Shown in pieces: positions 1 to 14,489 of a stretch of 60,000 bases of DNA (the first letter of the stretch is position 1; every line of letters starts with the position of its first letter). Source of the stretch: Lytechinus pictus (Eukaryota). The stretch is from assembly GCF_037042905.1 (NCBI RefSeq), contig NC_087245.1, positions 36,706,001 to 36,766,000 on the forward strand, written 5' to 3'. The notes under the pieces are model-generated. The model did not search any database, was not told the origin of the DNA, and was given only the letters and a program-made list of their open reading frames with translations. The position numbers were made by a program, and so were the translations under genes.

Positions 1-47
1 ATTTTGTGTAAATGTGCCACAACAGCAACTTTAGCAGTAACTCAAAA

Positions 48-745
48 AACAGGTGGAACACCTCTGGCAGTCTTGTCTGCATTACACGATTCGATATAGC
101 AGCAGTGCTGACATTGAAAACAGCTATTAAATAATTAATCAAAAAAGAAAATAAAATACTATGTCCATTTACCCAACATGACCTTTGATCTGATCATGTG
201 ATCTATATAAGACATGTGCTAAACAAATCATTCATACTTGATTATCCTATGTCTATGTGTTATAATTATATACTACATGTGTAGATCCATGAACTTTCTA
301 AGTTATGATGCAATTTAACAAATACCCCAACATGGCCAAAGTTCATTGACCCTAACTGACCTTTGATTATGGTCATGTGACCTGAAACATGCAAAAGATG
401 CTCAAGAATACATGATTACTCTTATGTCCCAAGTTTCATGAACTAGATCTATAAACTTTTAAAGTTATGATGACAATTCCACAAATACCCCCAACATGGT
501 AAAAATTCATTGACCCTAAGTGACCTTTGACATTGGTCATGCAACCTGAAACTCAGGCAGGATGTTCAGTAATACTTGATTACCCTAAGGCTTATGTCCA
601 AGTTTCATGAACTAGGTCCATATATTTTAAAAGTTATGATGACATTTAAAAAAATTAAACCTTGGTTAAGATTTCAATATTGACGACGCCGCCGCCGTTG
701 GAAAAGCGGCGCCTATAGTCTCGCTCTGCTATGCAGGTGAGACAA
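48..745 (+). mobile_element. Helentron-associated/HINE-like non-autonomous element, family A, copy 1
   Basis: Starts AACAGGTGGAA with subterminal GTCTTGTCTGCA; internal ~155-bp tandem units (GTTCATTGACC...CATGTGACCTGAAAC); (GCC)n; 3' hairpin GTCTCGCTCTGCTATGCAGGTGAGAC then an A-run. Sister copies at 33587, 37871, 44911. Confidence 0.8.
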
Positions 746-916
746 CAAAAGGGAAAGAAGAAGTGATGGAATTGAATTACTCTTAACTTATGATGTTGAG
801 AGTGGATTAATCATTAAGTGTAATGATACTGATTTGACAGTTTAGTCTTTTCTAGTTAGAAGAAAAATTCTATGAACATCAAAGCTATCATGAGTGAGAA
901 ATACAGTACTATGGGT

Positions 917-1520
917 CATTCCCACCATCAACATCATCTTCACCGTCACCATCACCACCACCACCATCATAATCATCTTTATTATCATCACCACCACCAC
1001 CACTATCATCATCATCATCATAATCATCATCATCAATATTACCATCATCCTTATCACCACGACCATCATCATCATCATCGTCATCATAATCATCATCATC
1101 AATATTACCATCATCCTTATCACCACCACCATCATCATCATCATCGTCATCATCATAATCATCATCATCAATATTACCATCATCCTTATCACCACCACCA
1201 TCATCATCATCATGATCATCGTCATCATCATCATCATAATCATCATCATCAATATTACCATCATCCTTATCACCACCACTATCATCATTGTCATAATTAT
1301 AATCATCATCATCATCATCATAATCATCATCATCAATATTACCATCATCCTTATCACCACCACCATCATCATCATTATCATCTACCTTCATCATCATCAT
1401 CATCATCATAATCACCACCACCATGTATCATCTTCCTCTCCTTCTTGGTACTCCTTCTCTTCAACAACATCACCCTCCTCCTCATCATCATCACCAACAC
1501 CAATGTCATCATCAACATTA
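917..1520. repeat. (CAT/CAC)n microsatellite with a higher-order unit
   Basis: Trinucleotide tract; CAATATTACCATCATCCTTATCACCAC recurs five times at ~65-85 bp spacing. Confidence 0.95.
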
Positions 1521-2000
1521 TCATCACAATATATATCAATGATTGTTATTTCATGCATGTACAAACAGAAATAGAACCTAAACTGGCAGGGGTTATATAA
1601 TTTCATATTTTCAGAAATCGGTTATTTCTTTTCAGATCACATAACATCCCAAGACTCTGCAATCTCATCCAGAACCATAAATTTGCTATTACTCAAAGTC
1701 TAAATCTAAACACACAAATAAAGAAAATTTTTTTTAAAAACTAATCTTAAATGATTTATATGACTTTCAACATTACATTGGCACAATCACAGATTCTTCC
1801 CTTCTCAAAACGACAGTTTTGAATTCCCCAATTTCCCCCAAATTCTGCAGAAACCCAGCATGCATATTTAAAATGCATTCATGCAACATCAAAATGACAA
1901 AATCATCTACCATATCAGTTTACTCCTATGATTACCCATCATTCTAATCATATCACACCAAAGCATACGAGATCATGCAAAACAAGAGATCTGATATAAA

Positions 2001-2311
2001 CAGGGTTCCAACAGAAATTTGAAAACAGAATTCCATGACTTTTCCATGGCTAAATTGCTGCTTTCCATGACTCCCTGTGACGTAATTTGAGATGTCACAA
2101 AACTGGGAAAAATGGAAATCATGAACACCATTCATAGGCCTAATAGCAGAGTATGATCACAGAGTATGAGAGTTGCAAAACACGACAAACTGAAAAGCTG
2201 CCATAGCCAAGAGGTAAATGGAATTCCATGACTTTTCACAAATTTTCCAAATTCCCTGACTTTCCCTGACCACAAATTTTTCCAGGATTCTGCATGACTG
2301 TGGGAAACCTG
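2001..2311. mobile_element. hAT-like MITE (CAGGGTTCC termini), copy 1
   Basis: CAGGGTTCCAACAG...CTGTGGGAAACCTG; 5-bp flanking duplication ATAAA; near-identical copy at 31609-31940. Confidence 0.8.
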
Positions 2312-2972
2312 ATAAAATATCTTAAAAGGCAGCTCATTTTGCCTACCCGCACGTATGCAAAAAATCACTTGCACTTCATAAAACTGTTTGAAAAGTCAAG
2401 TTTTATTTCACTGAAGAATATGTAGCTAACAAGGACTCGAGATAAATTATTTGCAAAGGTATATCTGTTTATAAACTGATTTATGAGAAACATTTTTAAT
2501 CATCCAAAAGAAGGTAAAAAATCATTCTATTTAATGATTTCTATGAATGCAGTTATTTGTTAAACAAAGTTTAATGAACACAATATGTGAAATATGTTTG
2601 TTGAATGATCATTTTCTCCATTTGTTCAATCAACAGAACTTGTGCCACATACCTATCATTTTACTCAAATGTTTAAAAAAAAAATTTCTTCACACGTTAA
2701 TTTGTCAAATGAGGATAAAATTTGTCAAACTTTAAATTGTCATGCGACATGTTGTGAAGAAAAAAGTAGTTCCAAATAACTTTTTCTTGCAATGGAACAT
2801 ATCATTTGATCATCTTGTAAGACACAAAAACATTTCATGTACATTCTGCTAGTATAAGTCCATGCATAAATCATTCAACAAGACTCATTAAAATCATGGG
2901 GAAATTAGAAAACAGCACATTCAAAGATGAAACAAAGTTCCACCACTCAACATGTTTATTCAATTAAATATA

Positions 2973-4667
2973 GGGGAGATTGGGGTTAGTTGGAACATTT
3001 TTGACAAAAATGGCTGTAAAATCCAAATGGATTTTATTCGAGAAACAATCAATATATCAGCTTAAAGCACATATCTAAGGGCTTCAAATGTACCCCATAA
3101 AATTTTTAACTCTATTGGGCCGTCTGCACCATCCCGAGTTTTCAAATTAGCGCGCTATTTCTGATCCGGCAAATTATCCCGATCTGAAAAATCTCGAGAT
3201 AGTTTGCAGTGGAGACGCAATTATCGCGCTAGTTCGTAGGATTAATCTCGAGATTGCAATCCCAAGTCAACTCGGGTTTATTTGCAAAATAGCGCGCTAT
3301 TTTACTAATTATCCCGCTAATTCGTAGGTGCAGACGCACTCGAGATTGGACTCGGGGTAATTTATTCATGACGTCAGTCCATAATGCTATTCGCTATTCC
3401 ACTTCCGCCTTGGTCAAAACATAAACACGAGCGAAAGTCAACTTTATACATGCGAATAGATATTATCGCGAATAGCGTTCATCAATTGCCCAACCAGCAA
3501 CAATGGTGTCCCACCAGTGAATGGATTTTGGGAGAGACCAGACCAAAGGGGGAGGCGCTCATAGTCAATAACAACACTGACAGCAGTGTCGTCTTATTCC
3601 TTCGCAAAATGTGAGCAAATAGCATTTCTTTCCTCCCTCTCTCTCTCTCTGTCGTTGCCTCCTTCTCCGCCATCATATTTAACGAAGAATACATCACTTC
3701 TTCACTCGCTGAGCTGAGAGGATTGTTGCATAACACCGGTCGAATTCGGCGAAAGTGCTAGTGAAAGGAGTATATTGCTTGCATATCGCGGGAAGTTATT
3801 CAAAAGCGCGGGCCGTTGAAACTCCAAGATCCGAAAGTGCGCATGCTCGGAATATCGGGCTTGTTGCCTCGCTCGAGCAGGAATCGCTCTTCTTGCGATG
3901 GTGCAGACGGGTTTCTTGAATCTCGAGATTAATCGCGAAGTGGGCCGATCGGGCTAAAATCTCGAGATTGAGCAAACTCGGGATGGTGCAGCACCGCCTT
4001 ATGATGGTTGCTGAAAAAAATCCACCTTGAGCAAGACCATCGCAAGCGTTCCAACTTACCCCATATACAGGGTCTTCAATTTTGTTCCAACTAACCCAAG
4101 AGGCCCATTTGACATTTATGAGCTTATAGTGCAAATAAGGGACTTCACCTTATTTTGTAGCTTGGTACAAGTGTCTATTATACCCCCACACTTGCCAACT
4201 TGACCTCTAAACTTCTCTGAGATAATAAAACATTTTTGAAAGAGAAAAAATTACTCAGAAGGTGAAAAAACAAAACTTCATTTCTAACTTCACCAGGCTT
4301 GTTGCACATGTGTTGTCTGTAATATGGTGGATGGCTGTTGATTATGGCAATAAAATGAGGGCAGTATTGCATAAGTTTATTTAAAGGCGTTAAAGAAAAT
4401 TACAATTTTTCATTGTACAAACCTTTTTAATTTACGATTTGAATTTCATTGATCAAAGATATACTTTAATTAACTATTTATTGCAGGGAACCCATACTAA
4501 CAAGCTTTGCTTTCCAGTGGGTTCCCTTTTTTCATTTCTGTATATTATATTTTTGTGTTTTGCTATACATTGTAACTTTTGTTAAATTTTGGAATGAAAA
4601 AGAATAAATGCAATCAATCAATCAATGTTTCAACTTACCCCGCGTTCTAACTAACCCCAATCTCCCC
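2973..4667. mobile_element. TA-flanked TIR element (Tc1/mariner-pogo type, non-autonomous)
   Basis: TA|GGGGAGATTGGGGTTAGTT...AACTAACCCCAATCTCCCC|TA; internal CCAACTWACCCC repeats; interrupted by the 3117-3998 element. Confidence 0.8.
3117..3998. mobile_element. Harbinger-like internally deleted element nested in the TA element
   Basis: Inverted termini sharing CTGCACCATCCCGAGTTT; CpG-rich with repeated ATCTCGAGAT and TGCAGACG subterminal motifs. Confidence 0.65.
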
Positions 4668-6801
4668 TACTTTAAAAAGATATTTCCTCAAGTAATCAAT
4701 TGACAAGAAAGTAATATGTAACTAAAAAAAGTACTTAGCAGATCCATTAAGGTCCTAAATGGTTTTAATAATGCAAAGGTCTTAATGTGCACATAATGCT
4801 TGGCCAACAGTTTAAATGATTTAATTCTTTAAAAAAAATGGATAAATTGCATACTGAATACAACAAAAAACACTGTCCGGGGAACTTTTTAATGATTGTG
4901 TTGCACTTAACTTGAATGATATCATAAATGAAGTCAAATACACTGAATCTTTGAAACTATATTGATAAATATACTTCAAATTAATTGCAGTCTATTTTAT
5001 TAGCACACATATATACCACTCAAACTGTCGCATATTTGAAAGAGTTATATACCATATATCTCTTTCAAATATGGATACGCAATGATATTTGATTAGAAAT
5101 AGATTGACATGTCAATACAAGACAAGGGCTCTAGAATATAAACAGGAAATGGGGGTGACTGCCTGGAGGATACAAAGAAATACACTGAAATCAACCCTTC
5201 ATTGCTGACGAAAATGAATTACATTGAGGGTCTTGCAAGAAATTTATTTGCAAACAATTGCAAATAATGTAACCTTAACTGCAAAAAAAAATCAATTGAT
5301 ATTTTACTGTGCAAATAAGCAGTCAGGGGTGGTGGTGGGTTTAACAAAAACTAAAGTGTGACTCATGATTAAATAATAGTCTTTTTTTATCAAAAACCTA
5401 GTTCGCTCTGCTTCATTCATGGTCACGACAGCCACACTCTTTTAACCAATGACTTAAATACTCCAAGTCATATCTAATGATACAGTAACATTTCCCCTAC
5501 GGCCACCGTGTGGTGAGTCGAAAACAGCGACTTGATCAATTTTTATTCAAAACCACCTGTATGTAGCAGGTACAAATGTGACTGAGGTATGAGAGGGGCC
5601 TACGAATACAAGCTTTGCTTTTTAATAAATCCCTCACACTCATACGTTAATTGTAATCTGTGACGTTGTCGGCATTCATCCAAGCCGTCGCAGCTGTCAA
5701 TTTTAGTCAAAATTATAATTTTGAGATTTTTGCAGAAAATTAAAGTTAAAGTATAAACTCTATACATAGTTAAATTTCTGGGCAGCAATTCACTTTAATT
5801 TCTGAGATATTTGGGGATTTTCAAGGTGATGCCCATACAAATTGTTGATAAAATACACAAAACCCATTGGAAACAGGTACTGAAGCAAAGCAAACAACAG
5901 CTGCGCGCACTTATATGCAAATGAACAGTCAGTAAATCGTCATATCTGCAATGCATCAACTTTGCGCATGAAAGAGTGACATGACGTTTTGCCGATTGCG
6001 CGTATTGAAAATCCGGTCAGTGTTCTTGTACTCCAAAAAGAGTTATTGCACAGGGATAATCTAACCACTAAAACCGAAATTACAAGCTTGTACCTCTTTT
6101 GCAATACTTTCTCTGATTCTTGGTTCTGTGTAAATGTCAAGCAATATATATAGTCATGGTCTTTCTTATGTATTTTTCTAGCAATGAAAATCTTGTAAGA
6201 CGGGGACAAGATGTAGAAATTATAGTGAACTTTGAAGTTGATTTTCTCTGAAACAGGTTTGCACAGTCAAGTTCGATTGTGAAAGGGGCTTAAAACAAGC
6301 CTTTTCACCAGTATGTTCATGCAAGTAAATGCTTTAAGCAATAGATCCTCTCATGAAAAAAAAAATAATAAGTGAGAATATTTCTTTCTTTTTATGAAAT
6401 GAGTTGTTAAACCTGTCAATATACCGTAATCTATTCCTTTTTTCACATGAGTGCCATTTGCAAAAGAATTCATAATCAGGAATAAGTAAATCATATCTGG
6501 TTTATATTGCATTAGACAAAAATAAAATGATAACAATCACACTGCTATTAGAAAAATAAGACACCCAAGACTCTTTGCTTTCAGTTTCTTGGACAATTGA
6601 TGCAGCCTGTCAGAGTTTTAATTTGTTGGTGTTAAACTCAATGATCAATCCATGAATGAATTAAACAAAGCTTAATATGATAAAAGAAATTACCCTGCGT
6701 TACACACCACAGTTTGAACTGAATTGCAAATAGTTAAAGGCTAGCGTACCACAACATGGTGTTACTTGCAAACAAATTTTAAACTTGAAGATAAACATCA
6801 T

Positions 6802-7853
6802 TCATGAATTTGCATTTGTCGGATTTAAATGAATGGTGTTAACAGCGGTGGAGTTGTTATCAAGCCCCACAACCCTATTATTTTTAAAACAGACACTCAA
6901 TATGCTCTGGTAAGCCGATCTGTAATGTCTATTCATCCAAGCATACAGGAATGGATTAATGGTAGAATTCGCAAACAGAAGAAGCTGCAGAGGGCGGTAT
7001 GCATAAACCGCAGATGGGACGACGATCTGAAGGATGTGACTGATACAGACGGGTAACCACGTTACCATGACAGCGATCGTCACCAGCAAAGATATTTTGG
7101 TGATGCGTAGCTCATTTTTACTCAGGGCCGGGTCGCTGTTGTTGTTCGCAGGAAGCGATCCATCTTGACCCCAATGCTGCATCTGCTTTCGAGAGTCTCT
7201 CACCTTCTTGAAGATCAGATAATATGCTGCTGGGACAGGTACAACCCTGCAACACTCATGAGGACAGCCATGTAAAGCCACGAATGGAAATCCTCTGGGT
7301 CCCAGGAACATAGCGAGAAGATGGGAATGTAGGATATCCGTCCGAATCCAAACTCTGGCATGATCGTCAAAATGATGCCGATGACCCACACTTGGATGAA
7401 ATAAAAGTACACCTTGTAACCACCAAATACCTTTTCGTACAAAGCCGCAGATTTTGTTATCTTTACGAACCGCTGCAAGGTCAAGAATGTAACGGTGGTT
7501 AGGGAGTTTCCAGAAAACAAGACAAGGATGTAGTTGAATGCTTTACAGGAAGCATGATTGAAAGGCCAGGTTTCATAGTAGGTCTGGACCATGATCAAAG
7601 GTTCAACCAAGCCTGTGACTAAGATGTCCATACAGGTCATGCTGATCAGGAATACATTGTTGTGTCTTCGAAGGACTGGAGATTTGGCTACCGCGATGAG
7701 GGAGCAGACATTGCCAAACATTCCTGATACACTCATAATGAAGAAGATTGCAAAGTAAGCTTCTCCTGCAGTACTCTGGAACATGGCTGCATCTACAAAG
7801 GTCAAATCTTCAAATGTATTCACTTCGATTTCACCTTTAAGAATAAAGATCAT
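6802..7853 (-). pseudogene. Intronless class A (rhodopsin-family) GPCR with one frameshift near 7245 (pseudogene, null allele or sequence error)
   Basis: ORF 7853-7215 gives TM1-TM5 start (GN, SMTCMD, WPF...C, LQRF); overlapping ORF ending 6802 gives TM5 end-TM7 (VPAAYYLIF, TWLP, NSTINPFLY). No other disablement seen. Confidence 0.85.
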
Positions 7854-10800
7854 TTACTGGTGTTTTGTAACAGGAGCACAATAATGTCCTTGTGTTTCTG
7901 AAGTACATCTCAAGAGTCAGTGAGAACCCTAATAGGAACAGCCTTTAGGAAACCAAGGCATGAAATAGGAGTAACAAAAATAAATACCCATCGTCTCAGT
8001 CTGTATCATTTAAAAACATGTAAATTGTCAAGAAGTTCAAGGCTGATAAATTTCAGACAGAAAGGAAATCCTAAAATAGACACAGACAGATAAAACACAA
8101 TAACTTAATTTAAATTTCCATGATCCACACAATTATACAAGAAAAGGCGTGCAATTTCTTTAACAGGTAAACTTCATTTGCTCCACTTTAAGACCAAATT
8201 CAAATATTCAGTACTTTCATATCTACTGTAGAAAGCTGATGGACATTATGTTTATTAAGGAACGTCATGCAGCTTCTTCATGATTTGTCAAGCTATTAGC
8301 TGAGCAAGATTATTGAAAGAGCAAATCTCTACAGCTACAGCCTCTCAAAATCTGTTGGTCCTTTATCCACATATGTATTCACCTACAAGTAGTTTATATT
8401 GATCCGTCATAAAAATACGAAAAGTGCTTATCTCGCTCTCTTGGAGGAGAAAACCCTGAATAAATTTACACATCCATCATCTACAAGAGAAAGTCAACCT
8501 CTTGCAGAAAGTGAACAAATACATGTGATAAGCATGTGACCATCTAAATCACAAATATTTACTCGTTGAGGACTTGACCTGGAGATAGAAATTATAAGTA
8601 TGTAGCCCTCCGACGGTTTCCAATAAATTTATCATCTTTTCTCTCAATGCCAACAGAGTTCTGACAGGAGCATATACTTTCAGATTTGCTGACCTTGAAC
8701 ACTTTCCATATTGCTTTTAAGAACACTAAACAAGAACGTTAACCAAGGACGTGCACCATGAAGTCGCTTGAAATGTAAACACAATCCCCTTGGAGATATG
8801 AAGGACAGGACTAGATTTAAAAGATGTTCAAGTTTTGTCAATAATATGATTAGTCTACTTCTTAAAATAATGTCTTCCACAGCTCGAAATCAATTATTGT
8901 TACGTTTTCCACTCTAACTGTTGCAAAGAAGAACATTTCCTCATGGTGAAAAAAAATTACACTTGGCAAGTCTGCAGTAGATATCATATTAGGAAAATTC
9001 ACTGCATTGGTTGCTAAAGTGTGGGTCTAGTCCTCATAAAACTTCAGACAAGTCTGAGCAGCATCTGTGTCTTTGAATATAACAAACTTCTGTTTTATTC
9101 ATCAAAGTTACGGTAAACTTCAAGAAGTATTGATAAAAGGGATACCTTGAAATGCTACAAGAAGTGAAGAACAGAACAGTTTTCTCTCGTAAGCTTTATC
9201 ACTTATTATCCAAAGAGTAGTTCAAGATGAAAATACATGGATAGCAAAGAAATAAATCACATGTACATGTCCATGGTGAATTAGTCAATACATCCAAACA
9301 AATATTTTCTGTCCATTTCATCGATGACTGCATCCATAGATCCAACCATCTTTGCTCCCCGGGGAGTGGAGAAAGCTCATATATGGTGCGCAGGCAAGCC
9401 AGATTCCGATAACCACGGCTAAGTCAGTTTTGGCTGCTACATGTATTATTTGTCATTTACATTTCCCTTAATTGAAAGTAGAACCGAAAAGCAGATAAAA
9501 GTCTTTCATCAAAGTGTTGGCATCAGACAGAACCAATAAAGTAAACCACGGTGTAAAAGTTGGGCAAGCAGTAGATATCTTTAATTATCAAGTGCAGGGT
9601 TAATCCATTGTCTTTAAAACAAGGTTCACATTCAGCCTGGCTATTATCAAAAAGAATGTCACCTGATTCGAGGTCACCACTTTGCTTGGCTGCTAATCCC
9701 TTGACCAGTACTTAGGGGGAAAAAAGCAACCTTATTTAGTTAAAATCTTTTGTTCGGATGTTCACAAAAGCAGCCACGGTCCATCCAAATTTAATAAGTT
9801 CTAAATTAGAGTATGAAATAACATACAATGGCCATCTATAAACATGAAAGATGAATCCAAATATAAAATGTATTATACAGATGCAAAAACACTTCATGAA
9901 AATTAAATACAGTTGAAACTGAGTGTAGTGAGAGTAATGAGATCTTATCTAAAAAGCGGTAGGCACTATATTAAATTTCAGAAATCCAATTAATTTTCAC
10001 TCCGGTGTTTGGCCATCAGTAAGCTATTCAAAATTTAATTCCATGCACGCTGCGAATCACCCAACTCAAGAGATAATTTGAGCAAAACGAGTCCCCTTGA
10101 CACAAAAAGGAGGCATAAGATGTTGAATGGGATGCTCTCCAACTCCAATGTTATTCTTTCTCTCACATCAAATATTTTCTGGATGAATGCAAGTAATGGT
10201 GCCTTTTCACATCTCAGGCAAATTTCTTTTAACTAAACTGTCACACATATCGATGCATTAAGTGGTCGCTCATGTCAAATGCCAATTATCTCAGCTCCAA
10301 ATCAGACCAATTCACATGCAATAAAAGATCGGTCTACACTGAACCCAGATAATCTTGAACATTTTCTCTGAACAGGTAAAAGAAATTCAGTGGCTGGGGC
10401 AATTTAGCCCATAAAAATGTTATGAAAAATGCCCATAAACTTGGGGTTTCTATAAAAGTTCATCTGAATAACCCCCATCCTTGATTGACTGTGTTCATAC
10501 CCTCTTGATTACAGAAAATCCCTTGTACTTACTGATCGGAAATTCTACCCAGAATTAATTTTCTGAAAAAAAACTTATTTTGCAAGTGTGACAGCAAACT
10601 GTTTATACATGTATTCCATTGAGAGAAAGCTTGAAAATCAGTACGGAAATTCTGCTGGAATTTCCCCCGAGGTAGCAGGGATTTTTGCAATGTAAATGCA
10701 AAAGAACCTTAGACACTGGGCACAATGGATGCACATCCTTTGTAAAGGAAAGCTAGAGGCTTGTTTGCTCACATATACATAACCCCCCATACATGTTACT

Positions 10801-11419
10801 ACTGAAAATTTAGAGTGTGAACACAAAAAAGCAATTTTTTTTAAAGGCTTCGATCATTTCTTGTGATCAAGTGCATATGGAAGCGCATTTATACAGAGAA
10901 CATTTTTTTTCACCTGCTCTGAAGAGAGCGTCATGACAACTGCTAACATTAACAAATGGCCAGTGCTTCTCAGACAATTAACAATATGCAGAATAGAAGA
11001 AAAATGTTACTTACTTCAAACATTAATTGCAAGTAAATCAGAGCAAATACTTAATCATTGAAGATGGTTCATAAAGAACTACCCGGTTTTTTTTTTAATG
11101 AAGAAAATCTAGTGAAAATTAGTAAAAGTGTAACTGTGTAAGCATTCATTTATTGCCCATAAATAGAAATTCATCTTGTTTACATGTATGCCGGGCAAAA
11201 ACATAATAAAAACAACAAATAGAATAAAATTGTAAGCATGTAACAGGAGAAATACAATCTACATTTGGACAATGACAATAAATATATTTTTATTTACTTA
11301 ATCATTATCTTAATAATATTCTAAAATAACAAATTCATTAGTTAATTATATTACAGTGATTAGAGATTTCCAAAATATTAAAAAAATGTGTTAATAGATT
11401 GATTTTTATTATAATGAAA

Positions 11420-12732
11420 AACTAGCACATCAATGATGTGGAGCTCATCCGGCATCTTGCAAACGAAATTTAACACAATTTTAATTTCAGCCAAGTTGAC
11501 ACTGTAGTGAATTATAGTGGTGACATTAATTGAGGATATACATGTAGAATTGAAATTGATGAAGAAATGACATAGAAGCATTTTTTGTGATCTATGAATA
11601 AATTTCATATAAATTAAGCATAAATAATTTTTTAGTCAAAATTTCTAAGCTCTGTGTAGAACCTTGGTGAACCTCATGTAGCTCTCAGATGGAACAAAAC
11701 TAATAAAACTCAATCAACAAATAAATAAGTATTTTTGTGAGTTTTGAAAATATATGAATAAATTAGCATATTTAATGAGTTTCAAAATTCTGTGTTGAAA
11801 TTTTGTATCACCACCTAGAGCTATCATATAAAGCAAACAAAATTGAAATTGATCAATAAATGAAGGAGAAAAAAAACATTTTTTGTGATTTATGAATAAA
11901 TTTTGCATAAATTAGCATAAATAATTTTCTAGACAGAATTTCAAAATTCTGTGTACAAGTTTGGTTAACCTCATGCAGCTATAGCAGATGGAAGAAAAAA
12001 AAATCAAAATCGGTCAACAAATAGAGAAGGAGAGGCATTTTCTGCGATTTATGAATAAATTTTGCATAAATTAGCATAAATAATTTTCTACTGAAAATTT
12101 CAAAATTCTGTGTAGAAGTTTGGTGAACCAGATGGAAGAAAAAAAATCTAAATCAGTCAACAATTAAAGAAGGAGCATTTTTGTGAATTTTGAAAAATAC
12201 ACATAAATTAGCATATTTAATGAGTTTCAAAATTCTGTGGAGAAATTTTGAATCCCCACCTAATGCTTTCATATAAAGCAAACAGAATTGAAATCAGACT
12301 TGAAATGATAAAGAAGAAGCATTTTGAAATTCAGTCAACAAATAAAGAAGAGGCATTTTCTGTGATTTATGAATTTTGCATAAATTAGCATAAATAATTT
12401 TCTACTCCAAATTTAAAAATTCTGTGTAGAAGTTTGGTGAACCTTATGAAGCCCTACCAGATGGAAGCAAAAAATTCAAAATCGGTCAACAAATAAAGAA
12501 GAAGCATTTTTGTGTGAATTTTGAAAAATGCGCATAAATTAGCATATTTAATGAGTTTCAAAATTCTGTGTAGAAGTTTTGAATCCCCCACCTAGTGCTA
12601 TCATATAAAGCACACAGAATTGAAATCGGACTTGAAATTGCGAAGAAGAAGCATTTTGAAATTGTGGACGGACGACAGACGCCACACTACGGCATAAGCT
12701 CATCTGGCCCTTCGGGCCGGATGAGCTAAAAA
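11420..12732 (+). mobile_element. Helentron-associated/HINE-like element, family B
   Basis: Starts AACTAG; subterminal AGCTCATCCGGC is the inverse of 3' GCCGGATGAGCT; internal tandem units with ATAAATTAGCATA; GGACGGACG tract; 3' hairpin AGCTCATCTGGCCC-TTC-GGGCCGGATGAGCT then AAAAA. Confidence 0.8.
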
Positions 12733-13489
12733 ACCTGTCCAAACATACAAAGACATTTCACGGAGCTCCTATCACATAGGGTTTAGATAATTTATTTCAT
12801 TTTCATTTTGATTTGCAAACTCCTTTTAATTTCTCAAATTTCAGCAAGATTACCACACTCAGAATAGAATATTTTACATTTCAGGCGTACTTTGAGTAAA
12901 CATATTCAGGAGGAGAGAGGGGGGAAATCTACTCCAGATATTGAGTTCCAGAGACAGACAAAAGTGGGCATGCACTTTTAGATAATTGCATGGTATTTGC
13001 CTAGTAACATTTTTTAAAAGAAGATTTTAAATTGAATAAAAAAATATGTCAGAATTTAATAAATTTGGTCAGGTTGAAGCAAATAAAGATATATTTTTTT
13101 GCCTTACTTCTCCATTATGATATCATCCAATATGAACAGGGCTCGGCAGCCGATCAGCATCAAGGTTACAAAGCAATTATATTGATGGAGAAAATTAATT
13201 GCAAGTCTTCATGAATTGATCAGGTGCCCATCTCAAAAACCAAATTTTCAATAACAGCTTAAAGCTACTGATATCCTTCAATCTGATATGCTGATGAGAA
13301 ACTTGTTATAGAAATGGTGCATTTGTTATTGTAAATAAAGATTTGCAAAACAGTATCCAGATCTGCATTCAGAATAAGTATGTCAACCTTAGTCAAAACC
13401 ATGTGAAAAAAAAAAGAAAATTAAAAAAATATTTTTAAAATAAGATGTATCACGTTGGAGAAAAATCATAAATTGTATGAACAGGTTTG

Positions 13490-13660
13490 ATGTCTTTGTT
13501 GTTTAATGTTATACCGAGGTTGTTTTACCTGACTGCTAAGAAAGCACGAATGCCTGTGAGCAAGCAACCAGGGGACCAACGGCTCAAGGTCCTCTCCGAG
13601 GGATCCTGGTAATGAGGATAAATGCCTTACCAAAGGGCACTAGCGCACCACTTGGGAAAC
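13490..13660 (-). mobile_element. SINE fragment (central domain)
   Basis: GGACCAACGGCTCAAGGTCCTCTCCGAGGG...ATGCCTTACCAAAGGGCAC resembles reverse-strand tRNA-SINE core sequence. Confidence 0.5.
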
Positions 13661-14489
13661 TTCACAGTATACAATATCATAGCACATAAGAACCCCCACA
13701 AGTCGATACACAAAGATCCGTTGGTGCATGACCTAATTCTCACTCGATAGAATAGAGCAAAGTCAAAGGACGATCTAAATTGCAAATTCATAATTTATCA
13801 TATCTGGAGTGAGCATACAGTTGTGAACACTGAACAGGCACCAGAGTCATCTGATTAAGGATGTTCAATAGTTAAAATGAAATCCATGTCCTTTTCACCC
13901 AATCTTGCACAGAGTTTCTTTGTCACCTAAATACATCAAATATGCAAAAATTAACATGGGTTCATGTGCTTGATTTTTTGCTATCGAGCTTTGAAGTTCA
14001 CCCGTTTGAAAGGTCTCAAGAAATACGCACTGAAAATAATCTTCCATTTTTAGACCCGAGATCACAACGTCGAGTTTAAACCTCTATTACTCAATCAAAA
14101 TCCATCTAAATTTCACAAAATTTTACATTATAGTTCGGAATTATATGTACTTAATATAAAGAATTCACTCATATTGCTATATGTTTGCTGTTTAAAGAGT
14201 AACAGCACCTTTCATTTTTTTCAATCTAAAAAATCTAAATTTGAAATTCATATAAAAAAATTAAGAAGTATAAAAAATGCTGCACTTTATTCAAAACCCA
14301 TGTCATTTTCACCAAATTTTGCATGAGTGGAGAGAAAGGTATACTAGGCCTAGTACTAAAGAGGTGCAAACACAAAAAATTGGGGGTGAATGTGCTTGTT
14401 TTCAAACTATCAGCACTTATGTTGGAGCAAATGTGCTTTTTTTTTTAATGCATCAAAAGGTTTGTATCTACATAAAGAAAAATTCTTTC

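Noticed and set aside
842..1606. His-, Asp-, Met- and Ile-rich ORFs in four frames
   Set aside because: By-products of the CAT/CAC repeat; open on both strands with no unique domain.
5483..6293. Possible discrete transposon
   Set aside because: Composition looks element-like, but matching termini or a TSD could not be found.
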